NCBI GenBank assembly: GCA_046757525.1
Contig: JBHHYI010000006.1
Coordinates: 1-54,177, forward strand
DNA: 54,177 nucleotides
Origin: a bacterium
GTDB taxonomy: Bacteria; Zhuqueibacterota; Zhuqueibacteria; Oceanimicrobiales; Oceanimicrobiaceae
Direction of reading: 5' to 3'
The notes beneath the pieces are model-generated. The model saw only the letters and a list, made by a program, of their open reading frames with translations. It made no database searches and was not told the DNA's origin. Below are positions 18,787 to 27,830 of the stretch, piece after piece. The translations under genes and the position numbers were made by a program. The stretch's first letter is position 1; each line of letters starts with the position of its first letter.

Positions 18787-20952
18787 TTAATGAGGTGCTG
18801 TCTCAACAGTACCGTCTAATCTTTCAACGCTAATTACTCCTTTCACTTGATTAATTTTATTAATAATTCGTGTTAAGTGCTGTAAATTACGTACCTCTAA
18901 AATGAAATTGCTGTACACAAACGAGTCCTCGGCCTTCAAGTCAACGCTCACTATGTTCGTCTCTGTCCTGGAAATAGACTCTGTAACGTCCCTGAGGAAA
19001 TGCTTGCGGTCTTCTCCCAGCAAATGCAAGCCAACGGTGAAATGCTTGTCTTTGTCAACATCCCACTCCACTTTGATCTTTCTGTCCTCGTCATCAATTA
19101 TGTTGGTGATGTTGCGGCAATCACTTCGGTGCACTACGATGCCCCGGCCACGAGTCACGAACCCCAGGATTTTGTCCCCGGGCACCGGCTGACAACACTG
19201 GCCAAAATTGATCATCAAATTGTCGATGCCGTCAATTCGCACCCCCTTGGTCGCCCCACGCGCCCGAGCAAGAAACTTCTTAAATACGGACGACTCTTTG
19301 ATCTCCACATTCTTCTCGGGGGAAATGCGACCGATCAGCGTATGAATGGAAGTATTCCCGCTGCCAATGGAAGCCAGCAGTTGTTCACCATTTTGGAAAT
19401 TCAGATTTTGCGCAAATTCTTCTAAATCGACCTGATCCTTCTTAATATTGCATTTCTTGAACTGTTTGTTGACAATCTCTTCCCCCAGCTTGAGACTCTG
19501 CTCATAGAAAGACTCTTTGATCCATCGCTTGATGCGGCTTCTGGCCTTGGATGTCTTGACGAACTTGATCCAATCAGGATTTGGGTTTTGATTCGGAGAA
19601 GTAATGATTTCCACCGAATCGCCGCTTTTTAACTTGTAGCTTAAAGAGACGATTCTACCGTTCACCTTGGCGCTAATGCAGTGCATCCCGATATCGGTGT
19701 GCACGGCAAAGGCAAAGTCTATCGGCGTTGAATTCACTGGCAGCTTCAACAAATCGCCTTTAGGAGTGAATACGAACACCTCGTCCTGGAAGAGATCGAT
19801 GCGGAGATTCTCCATGAACTCGGCTGGATCCTTGGTTTCTTTCTGCCAATCCAACACCTGACGCAGCCAGGTCATGTGCCTGTCCAACTCGTCCTGCTTG
19901 GCTTTTCCCTCTTTGTAAAGCCAGTGCGCCGCGATGCCCTCTTCAGCGGTTCGATGCATTTCTTCGGTGCGAATCTGAATTTCTACCATCCTGCCTTCTG
20001 GACCGATTATCGTGGTGTGCAACGACTGGTACATATTGGATTTTGGAGTCGCAATGTAATCTTTGAAGCGCTCATGCACCGGGGTGAAGAGATTGTGCAC
20101 GATGCCCAGGACAAAGTAACACTGATCGACTTTTTCAACGATGATTCGAATAGCCAGGAGATCGTAAATCTGTTCAAACGGCACCTGTCGCTTTTGCATT
20201 TTTCCATAGATGCTGTAAAAATGCTTGGGCCGGCCGGTGATCTTGGCCTTTATCTTGGCCTGGCGTAGCTCTTTCCGGATTGGGTTGGTCACCCTGCGGA
20301 TGTACCGCTCCCGCTCTTCACGTTTCCCGGAAATTTGGTCTACCAGTTCCCAATACGATTTAGGATTCAGCGTCTTCAGGACCAGGTCCTCCAGTTCCCA
20401 TTTGATTTTTGCAATGCCCAGCCGGTGCGCCAGGGGCGCATAAACATCCCGGGTCTCGATGGCGATGCGCTTTCGTTTTTTGGGCGACAAATATTCAATG
20501 GTTCGCATATTGTGCAAACGATCGGCAAATTTTATAAGAATGACCCGAATGTCCCGCACCATTGAAAGAATCATTTTGCGAAAATTCTCAGCCTGACGCG
20601 CTTCGACGCTTTCGAACCTGAGTTCACTGATCTTGGTCACGCCGTCTACCAGCCTGCCCACTTCTGCCCCAAACAACTCTTCGACTTCTTCAATGGTAAC
20701 GCCGGTGTCTTCGGCAACGTCGTGCAGTAACCCTCCGGTGATGGTAGTAGAATCCATCTTCAAATCGGTGAGAATCCTGGCGACTTCTAAACAGTGCGTG
20801 AAATACAACTCGCCCGATTTGCGCAACTGATCCTTGTGTGCCTCAAAACCAAAGTCGAAAGCTCTGCTGAGCATTGCGGCATCAGCCTTCGGGCTGTACC
20901 GTTTTATTTTTCGCACAAGCTCGTCGAATGATTTTTTGTAACCGTTCTTCAT
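18787..20952 (-). CDS. spoT: Bifunctional (p)ppGpp synthetase/hydrolase Rel/SpoT
   Basis: LLHDVAED hydrolase motif, RFKD, YQSLHT, EIQIRT, TGS and ACT domains. Confidence 0.96.
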   Translation of the reverse strand: MKNGYKKSFDELVRKIKRYSPKADAAMLSRAFDFGFEAHKDQLRKSGELYFTHCLEVARILTDLKMDSTTITGGLLHDVAEDTGVTIEEVEELFGAEVGRLVDGVTKISELRFESVEARQAENFRKMILSMVRDIRVILIKFADRLHNMRTIEYLSPKKRKRIAIETRDVYAPLAHRLGIAKIKWELEDLVLKTLNPKSYWELVDQISGKREERERYIRRVTNPIRKELRQAKIKAKITGRPKHFYSIYGKMQKRQVPFEQIYDLLAIRIIVEKVDQCYFVLGIVHNLFTPVHERFKDYIATPKSNMYQSLHTTIIGPEGRMVEIQIRTEEMHRTAEEGIAAHWLYKEGKAKQDELDRHMTWLRQVLDWQKETKDPAEFMENLRIDLFQDEVFVFTPKGDLLKLPVNSTPIDFAFAVHTDIGMHCISAKVNGRIVSLSYKLKSGDSVEIITSPNQNPNPDWIKFVKTSKARSRIKRWIKESFYEQSLKLGEEIVNKQFKKCNIKKDQVDLEEFAQNLNFQNGEQLLASIGSGNTSIHTLIGRISPEKNVEIKESSVFKKFLARARGATKGVRIDGIDNLMINFGQCCQPVPGDKILGFVTRGRGIVVHRSDCRNITNIIDDEDRKIKVEWDVDKDKHFTVGLHLLGEDRKHFLRDVTESISRTETNIVSVDLKAEDSFVYSNFILEVRNLQHLTRIINKINQVKGVISVERLDGTVETAPH

Positions 20953-20955
20953 GGC

Positions 20956-22341
20956 TTAAAAGGGTGCCCCTGGCATGTCTTCCTGCTCGTAGGAAAGATT
21001 AGCAAAGAGCACAAAATCTTTTTGAAAAGCCAACTTGACGTCCCCGGTGGGGCCGTTTCGCTGTTTGGCAATGATGATCTCTGCAATGCCCTGTTCTTCA
21101 ATGGGCATGTCGCGGCGTGCGTAAACCTCAGGGCGATAGATGAACATGACCACGTCGGCATCCTGTTCGATAGCCCCGGATTCCCGCAAATCGGACAATA
21201 TGGGACGGCGGTCGCCTCCGCGCGATTCCACCGCACGGGAGAGCTGCGACAGGGCAACAACCGGAATGTCCAACTCTTTGGCCAGAGCCTTCAGAGACTG
21301 TGAGATCAGCGAAATCTCGATTTGCCGACTCTCCGCGCTCCTGGGGCCCTTAACCAATTGCATATAATCGATGATCAACAGGCCCACATTTTCCTCTGTT
21401 TTCAAGCGCCTGGCTTTGGCACGAATTTCCAAAACGCTCAGAGCTGCCGAATCATCGATGAAAATTGGTGCCTCGGCCAAACGGCCAACACTCATGCTAA
21501 GCTTGGGCCAGTCCTCCTGGGGCAGCATTCCCGTTCTCACCTTGTGGGAGTCCACTTTGGCTTCGCTGCACAGCATGCGCATGGCCAACTGCGTGTTGGA
21601 CATTTCTAAGCTGAAAATGCCAACGGGCAGCCTGTGGTCTACGGCCGCATTTCGCGCAATGTTCAAACAGAAAGCGGTCTTACCCATAGACGGTCGGCCG
21701 GCAACGATAATCAGGTCAGAATTCTGGAAGCCGGAAGTCAACTCATCTAATTTAGCAAAACCGGTCGCCACACCCGTCACGCTGCCTTTTCTCTTGTGGT
21801 AACTATCGATGATGTCAAATGTGTTGCGCAACACCGGTTCCATCTTCTGAAAACCTTTTCTCAGCTTCTTTTCCGAGAGCGTAAAGATTTTCTGTTCGGC
21901 ACTGTCGATGATTTCAACGGCGTCTTCTTTGGCCTCAAAGGCATCGTTGGCAATTTCACTCGAGACTTCAATCAACTTTCGCAAAAGCGATTTTTCTAAT
22001 ACGATCTTGGCATAGTATTCAACACTGGCAGCCGAAGGTACGCGGTTGGCCAACTCCGTGATGTAATAAGCCCCCCCGACCTCTTCCAAGACCCCCATTT
22101 TTTCCAATTCGTCCGTGATGGTTAAATAATCGATTTCCGTCCCACCACCATCAAGGTTAAGGGCGGCTTTGAAGATCTTCTGGTGCGCCGTTTTGTAAAA
22201 GGAGGTGTCCTCCAGCATTTCAATGCATTTGGTCACCGCCTCCTTATCGATCAGCATGGCCCCCAACACGGCCATCTCTGCCTCAATGGCCTGCGGCGGC
22301 ATGCGATCTGTGCTGAATTCTTGTTCTGCTTTTCGTGCCAT
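20956..22341 (-). CDS. dnaB: Replicative DNA helicase
   Basis: GRPSMGKT, SLEM, IDYMQL, LSQLSR, DLRESGAIEQDAD, KQRNG. Confidence 0.97.
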   Translation of the reverse strand: MARKAEQEFSTDRMPPQAIEAEMAVLGAMLIDKEAVTKCIEMLEDTSFYKTAHQKIFKAALNLDGGGTEIDYLTITDELEKMGVLEEVGGAYYITELANRVPSAASVEYYAKIVLEKSLLRKLIEVSSEIANDAFEAKEDAVEIIDSAEQKIFTLSEKKLRKGFQKMEPVLRNTFDIIDSYHKRKGSVTGVATGFAKLDELTSGFQNSDLIIVAGRPSMGKTAFCLNIARNAAVDHRLPVGIFSLEMSNTQLAMRMLCSEAKVDSHKVRTGMLPQEDWPKLSMSVGRLAEAPIFIDDSAALSVLEIRAKARRLKTEENVGLLIIDYMQLVKGPRSAESRQIEISLISQSLKALAKELDIPVVALSQLSRAVESRGGDRRPILSDLRESGAIEQDADVVMFIYRPEVYARRDMPIEEQGIAEIIIAKQRNGPTGDVKLAFQKDFVLFANLSYEQEDMPGAPF

Positions 22342-22342
22342 G

Positions 22343-23059
22343 TTACGCTTTGTTCCGGTCAAAATCCATTGGGACTTTGTCGCCAACTTTTTCATCGTAA
22401 AGCCGGCGCAACTGCTGCACGTCTTCCCAGGTGCTACGCTTTAGTTCTGGATTCCTGAGCAATGCCGCCGGATGATAGGTGACGATGACATCCACATTCC
22501 CCAGTCGGTGTACCGTGCCCCGCAACTTGCCAACAGCCGTGTGAACTCCCAACAGGTTTTGAGATGCCACTCTTCCAAGCGCCAAAATGAATGCCGGTGC
22601 AATCATCTCTATTTGTCGTCTCACGTAGGGTAAACACTCCGCAATTTCTTCAGGCTCGGGTTCGCGATTTCCCGGCGGACGGCACTTCACCACATTTGCA
22701 ATATAGACTTCACTGCGATCAAAGCCAATGGCGTTGAGAATCTTAGTCAGAAGCTTACCAGCCGGCCCAACAAACGGCTCCCCTTGTTGATCCTCGTCGT
22801 AACCCGGCCCTTCGCCAACGCAGATCAGTTTGGCGTTCGGACTGCCGACACCAAAAACAAATTTGGTTCTGCTCTTGCTCAGTTTGCACTTTGTGCAATC
22901 TTTGATCTGCGAAAAAAACTGATCGAGGTTGTGCAAATCCGCCTCTTCTTCAGCCAGGTACTCCACCGCCTCCTTCAAATAGATGCGACTGCCAAATAAT
23001 TCTGCTTGCTGCCGCAAGTACGATCGGGTTAAATCCAAAACAGTCCCGTAGTCAGGCAT
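22343..23059 (-). CDS. udg: Family 4 uracil-DNA glycosylase (4Fe-4S)
   Basis: CTKC, GEGPG, PFVG, NVVKCRPPGNR, YHPAA. Confidence 0.93.
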   Translation of the reverse strand: MPDYGTVLDLTRSYLRQQAELFGSRIYLKEAVEYLAEEEADLHNLDQFFSQIKDCTKCKLSKSRTKFVFGVGSPNAKLICVGEGPGYDEDQQGEPFVGPAGKLLTKILNAIGFDRSEVYIANVVKCRPPGNREPEPEEIAECLPYVRRQIEMIAPAFILALGRVASQNLLGVHTAVGKLRGTVHRLGNVDVIVTYHPAALLRNPELKRSTWEDVQQLRRLYDEKVGDKVPMDFDRNKA

Positions 23060-23064
23060 TTTAT

Positions 23065-24291
23065 TCAATTGGCGCACGCCTTTTCTTCGTTCTTGTGTAG
23101 AAGATTGCAAACCCCGTCTAATATTTTTTGCGCCACCGCGCTCTTCGACATTTTGGGCAGTCGTTCCTGGTCGCCGTTGGCGTACAAAATCGTGACCTTG
23201 TTAGTATCCCAGCCAAAACCCGCCCCATCCTCCAGTGGATTGTTGAGGACGATCATGTCCAGGTCTTTAGCGTACAGCTTCTTTTGCGCATTGGCCAATT
23301 CATTCACGGTCTCCACGGCAAAACCGACATGGAGACGCGGGCCTTTCTTCCTGGCAAGACTCTTTAAAATATCTTTGGTTTTTTTGAGATTCAGAACCAT
23401 TTCCTGGTCCTCTTTTTTCAACTTGTGGCTGGCATGCCGAGTTGGCCGATAATCTGAAACCGCCGCGGACATGATGAGAATATCTGCACGGGCATACACC
23501 CTCTCCACAGCCTGGTACATTTCTTCGGCGGTGTTCACAGCCACGAAATCAATTCCCTGCGGCGCCGTCAGGTGAGTTGGCCCACTGACCAATACTGCCT
23601 CAGCACCTCTGAGCCTGGCAGCCGCTGCCAATGCGAATCCCATCTTGCCAGTGGAACGGTTTGAGAGAAACCGGACAGGATCCAGCGGCTCCCGGGTTGG
23701 ACCCGCGGTGACAACGACTTTCTTACCAGCCAACTCTTGAGTGCCCAGAAGTATATACTTGAGTTGTTGCACAATGTTTTCAAGGGTCGCCAACCGGCCC
23801 CAGCCCTCGCCCTCGCTGCGCGTGGCCAGGGGGCCCTTTTCAGGGTCGACAAAAGCGTGGCCACGGGCCTTTAGCCTGGCCACATTCTCCTGCACGACCG
23901 CGTTCTCCCACATGGCCGTATTCATGGCCGGGCAAAAAACCACCGGCACGCGCGCGGCCAGAATGGAAGTCGAAAGAGGATCGTCCGCTAAACCGGCTGC
24001 GACTTTCCCGATGACGTTTGCCGTTGCTGGACAAACAACGATCGTGTCGCTCCAGCGTGCCAGGTCGATGTGCAAGATGCCTTCGGAGGTGCCCGAGTCA
24101 AACAAAGAATGCAGGACCGGGTTCTCGGAAAGGGTCGCAAACGTCAGTGGCGCCACAAATTTTGTCGCCGCTTCAGTCATCACGATGCGAACTTCCGCAC
24201 GCTGTCGCCTGAGCTCACGAACCAACTCGCACGCTTTGTAGGCAGCAATGCTGCCGGTAACGCCTACGGTTATTTTCTTTGCAGAAAACAT
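23065..24291 (-). CDS. coaBC: Phosphopantothenoylcysteine decarboxylase/ligase
   Basis: TGSIAAYK, PAMN, TAGPTRE..DPVRF..N.STGKMG, GFAVET. Confidence 0.96.
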   Translation of the reverse strand: MFSAKKITVGVTGSIAAYKACELVRELRRQRAEVRIVMTEAATKFVAPLTFATLSENPVLHSLFDSGTSEGILHIDLARWSDTIVVCPATANVIGKVAAGLADDPLSTSILAARVPVVFCPAMNTAMWENAVVQENVARLKARGHAFVDPEKGPLATRSEGEGWGRLATLENIVQQLKYILLGTQELAGKKVVVTAGPTREPLDPVRFLSNRSTGKMGFALAAAARLRGAEAVLVSGPTHLTAPQGIDFVAVNTAEEMYQAVERVYARADILIMSAAVSDYRPTRHASHKLKKEDQEMVLNLKKTKDILKSLARKKGPRLHVGFAVETVNELANAQKKLYAKDLDMIVLNNPLEDGAGFGWDTNKVTILYANGDQERLPKMSKSAVAQKILDGVCNLLHKNEEKACAN

Positions 24292-24306
24292 GATGCAGAA
24301 ACCGAC

Positions 24307-24606
24307 TTAAGCGGTTTCCTCCTCTTCCACCGAATCGACCTGGTAATCGTATTTGACATTACCGGCAAGAAAGCTTTCTAAAGCGATCCTGGCTGGCTTG
24401 GGCAATTTCTTATAATCTCGCACCACAACTTCCTCATTTTGCTCATCTTCCGAATCTGAATACTCATCATCAAATTCCTCTTCCTGCCGATAGAGCTGTT
24501 TGTTTTCTTCATTTATCTGACGCGCTCTTTTAGCGATGATGATGATCGCTTCATAAATATTATGCGCGTGTTTTTCAACTTCCCGAATGGAAATTGTACT
24601 TGCCAT
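24307..24606 (-). CDS. rpoZ: RNA polymerase omega subunit
   Basis: NIYEAIIIIAKRARQI...LPKP; gmk-rpoZ-coaBC synteny. Confidence 0.88.
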   Translation of the reverse strand: MASTISIREVEKHAHNIYEAIIIIAKRARQINEENKQLYRQEEEFDDEYSDSEDEQNEEVVVRDYKKLPKPARIALESFLAGNVKYDYQVDSVEEEETA

Positions 24607-24627
24607 TAACACATCCTCCAGTTAAAT

Positions 24628-25200
24628 TTAGTTTTTCTTGCGTTGTTCAATGATCTTCAACACCTGCGCAACCGTTGCTGAGAGGTCTTCATTCAAAATC
24701 TGAAAATTATACGATGCCGCTTTTTGCATTTCCTCGGGAAACCGTTGCAAGCGTCTCCCGATTTGCTGAGTGTCTTCTGTGTTCCTGCTCTTCAAACGCT
24801 CCACCAGACTTCCCAGGGAAGGCGGTTTAATAAAAATCAATAGCGCAGAGGGGCCGTACAATCGCTTGATTTCTAAACCACCATGCACGTCTAAATCGAG
24901 CAAGACCGTCTTGCCCTCTTGCAGCCATTGTTCTAAATGCGATCTCGGCGTCGCATAAAAATCACCATGGACTTCCGCCCACTCGATGAACTCGCCTTGC
25001 TCCCGTTTTCTCTCGAACGTTTCTAAATCCCAGAAGAAGTAATCGCGGCCATCCACCTCGTCGGGCCGGCGGGGCCGTGTTGTAACCGAAACCGAGTATT
25101 TGAAGTCAGCGTCTCCTGTTTCAAGCACCCTGCGAATAATGGTCGTTTTGCCCCCACCCGAAGGCGCTGAAATCACAACCAGGAGGCCTTTGTCTTTCAT
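24628..25200 (-). CDS. gmk: Guanylate kinase
   Basis: SAPSGGGKTT, SVTTRPRR, DGRDY. Confidence 0.96.
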   Translation of the reverse strand: MKDKGLLVVISAPSGGGKTTIIRRVLETGDADFKYSVSVTTRPRRPDEVDGRDYFFWDLETFERKREQGEFIEWAEVHGDFYATPRSHLEQWLQEGKTVLLDLDVHGGLEIKRLYGPSALLIFIKPPSLGSLVERLKSRNTEDTQQIGRRLQRFPEEMQKAASYNFQILNEDLSATVAQVLKIIEQRKKN

Positions 25201-25215
25201 TATCTCACGCTTGGA

Positions 25216-26094
25216 TTACTCGATGTTTTGAATTTGCTCCCGTAGCTTTTCGATTTCCTCTTTGGTTTCCACGACCCAGTGCGCAATCTGAGAATCGTTC
25301 GCTTTGGAGCCAATGGTATTCGCTTCCCGATGCATTTCCTGCAACAGAAAATTCAATTTTCGACCTGCGGTTTCTTCATTGTCCAACAATTCCAAAAAAT
25401 AGTCGTTGTGACTCTTAAATCGCGTACACTCCTCTGTGACATCTACCCGATCCGCAAACAAGGCGATCTCCATCTCTAAACGCCCTTCATCCACGGCAAC
25501 GGCTTCGGTTATTTCTCTTAAGCGTTCCTTGAGCTTCTCATATTCCGTGCTGGATCTGCTGTGCGATTTCTCCTCTATTCTCTGGAGCAGCCTATTCAAG
25601 ACTTCAATACGTCCCACAAGATCCTTTTTCATTTCATTACCCTCCCGGATCCTCATTTGCAACAAATCCGACAAAGCTACCTGCAACGCTTTCTTTGCGA
25701 TTTTCCAGGCATTCTCATCGGAGGGTTTTTCAGAAGCCACGGTGATGATGTCAGAAAACTGCAGAAGATGCTCAATGCGGATCGAGTCTTGCAGTCCGAA
25801 TTCTTTTTTGAGCTCCTCCAACAACTTCAGGTATGATGCAGCCAGCACTTTGTCGACGGTCAGACCGGCGAGTTCCTGCTCCTCACTTTTGAGACTCACC
25901 GTAACCTCAACTCTGCCGCGGGTCAGATTAGAACGAATCATCTCCCTGATATCGCTTTCAAAATAATTCAGGCTTTTGGGAATCCGCAATGAAACGTCTA
26001 AAAAGCGATGATTCAGGGTCCTGATTTCTACCAATACTTCGACGCCGTCCTCTTTGACTTCGCCCCGTCCAAATCCCGTCATGCTGACAATCAT
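25216..26094 (-). CDS. yicC: YicC/YloC family endoribonuclease
   Basis: SMTGFGRG, NHRFLD, GRKLNFLLQEMHREANTIGSK, REQIQNIE. Confidence 0.95.
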   Translation of the reverse strand: MIVSMTGFGRGEVKEDGVEVLVEIRTLNHRFLDVSLRIPKSLNYFESDIREMIRSNLTRGRVEVTVSLKSEEQELAGLTVDKVLAASYLKLLEELKKEFGLQDSIRIEHLLQFSDIITVASEKPSDENAWKIAKKALQVALSDLLQMRIREGNEMKKDLVGRIEVLNRLLQRIEEKSHSRSSTEYEKLKERLREITEAVAVDEGRLEMEIALFADRVDVTEECTRFKSHNDYFLELLDNEETAGRKLNFLLQEMHREANTIGSKANDSQIAHWVVETKEEIEKLREQIQNIE

Positions 26095-26203
26095 GAGAAA
26101 TCGAACATCTCCTTACACTCAGTCCATGTAATGGAGCCAGTTGAAAAACCGGTAAGAATCATAAAAGTTTTGATAGATTAAGTTCAATATACATTTAACT
26201 TAC

Positions 26204-26232
26204 ATTATACAATAAAATTTTAAAATAGTCAA
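26204..26232 (-). promoter_or_regulatory. Sigma70-type promoter for yicC-gmk-rpoZ-coaBC-udg-dnaB-spoT
   Basis: Minus strand TTGACT, 17 bp, TATAAT in an AT-rich region. Confidence 0.75.
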
Positions 26233-26496
26233 TCAAAATTTTATTATTTTTAGCGGGGGGCATTCAGGGTAAAACGAGTCCGTCTCAAAACGAGGGCCAT
26301 CGCAGGCAACCAAATACTGAGAAGATCACTGGCATGCCAGCTACTTTTGACCGGGCCCTGCAGAGCTGGAGCATGGGGCAACTGGACCGCTCTCAACCAC
26401 GTGCAGGTCGGCACCTTCGAAGAAGGGCGCAGAATGGGCTTGGGGCTTGGAGAAGCGCAAGACCAGCGCCCCTGGAGATCTTCAAAGTCGACCGTT

Positions 26497-27531
26497 CTAC
26501 TTGCGCTTGAACTTGGGCTCCTCGATGGTGAGCCGGGCGGAGATGCGATGGGTAGCCCCTAAACCGTGGTCCAAAAAGGCGTAGTCGATCTGCAGTTTAG
26601 GAAAATGGAGGCCAGCGCCGGCGGCAAACCGGCCAACTTCGGTGGCACCAACGCGAATGGCAAAAGATTGCTGGTATTGATATTCCCAGCCAAATGTTAC
26701 GTCCAGGCTCGCACGCCCAAGATTGGTTGTTGCCGACTGCTGCCGATTCTCGAATTTCACGATGAAATCCATGCTCGGTTGGACCTGGCCCCCTACAAAA
26801 GACAGGGCTAACGGATAAGACAGACCGGTTCTGATGGTGGGCGTAATCAGCTCGCGGCGCCCTGTGTCCCAGGCTAACACCGTGGAAGTTATGTCCTGCA
26901 CATTGATTCCGACGATCAATTGCGCCAGCGGATTGAACATGAATCCCAAATCAAAACCGACGCCCCAGGCAGAATTATCCCCGATGGATCGGTTCAGCAG
27001 TTTCACATTTCCACCATAGGCAAAACTCTCGGAAACCCTCTTCGAATAGGTCAAGAAAAGGCCATAGTCTGTGCTGGCAAAGAGGTTTTTCACAAACGGG
27101 GTGTTTCGCACCAGCCTGCCCTCACCATCCCGGTAAGTAGCACCTACCTCGAGGTCAGGGTTCGGCAGGGCAGTCTGTTTGATGTTGTCCACCCCGACTC
27201 GAATTATGCTAAAGCCCAAACTGCTTTTGTGCCCCACCGGAATCCCAAAACTGCCGTAGTTGTAGCTGACGACTCCGGAAAATTGACTGGTGTGCATGAG
27301 CATGACTTGCGGATATTCTATGAAAGAGAGACCGGCCGGATTCCAATAACCAGCGGTCACGTCGCGGGCCACGGACACGTAGGCCCCTCCCATGCCCAGA
27401 GAACGTGCCCCAACTCCTAAACTCAAGAATTCCCCCGCGTATTTTGCCGTCGTCAAACCTCCTCCGGCTGACACGTTGGCAGAAATCATCAACACAGTGA
27501 ACAAGATCGTACTCAATTTAATACTACGCAT
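26497..27531 (-). CDS. PorV/PorQ family outer membrane beta-barrel protein
   Basis: Signal peptide; KYAGEFLSLGVGARSLGMGGA...YWNPAGL; C-terminal IDYAF...THRIS. Confidence 0.85.
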   Translation of the reverse strand: MRSIKLSTILFTVLMISANVSAGGGLTTAKYAGEFLSLGVGARSLGMGGAYVSVARDVTAGYWNPAGLSFIEYPQVMLMHTSQFSGVVSYNYGSFGIPVGHKSSLGFSIIRVGVDNIKQTALPNPDLEVGATYRDGEGRLVRNTPFVKNLFASTDYGLFLTYSKRVSESFAYGGNVKLLNRSIGDNSAWGVGFDLGFMFNPLAQLIVGINVQDITSTVLAWDTGRRELITPTIRTGLSYPLALSFVGGQVQPSMDFIVKFENRQQSATTNLGRASLDVTFGWEYQYQQSFAIRVGATEVGRFAAGAGLHFPKLQIDYAFLDHGLGATHRISARLTIEEPKFKRK

Positions 27532-27830
27532 GACTCTCGCCTCATGAATAAATAAAACAAAAAATGGCCTTTTTCAGGACTCTGACGCAAACAGCCGCAC
27601 TTGAAGACTCACATCTAAAAACAGCAGCTATTGGGGTGTTGTGAAACTTTATTGTTAGACAAGAAAAATCGGACTACAAATTTGTACAATGGCTAACGAT
27701 GCTTTAATTGATTTACGGCTAAATTAAAACACTCTTTAACAAATTTGCTTATAGGCAGGTCGCTCCTGTTGGGGTCATCAATTGGAACCGCGCTAAACTA
27801 ACGAATTCTTGGCAAAGAAGCAAGCAAAAA

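Noticed and set aside
20956..22341. Intein in dnaB
   Set aside because: Standard length with uninterrupted motifs
26240..26496. GC-rich intergenic stretch as ncRNA or small ORF (26347-26562)
   Set aside because: Only short scattered stems, no recognisable SRP, tmRNA or RNase P motif, and the ORF runs antisense into the porV-like gene
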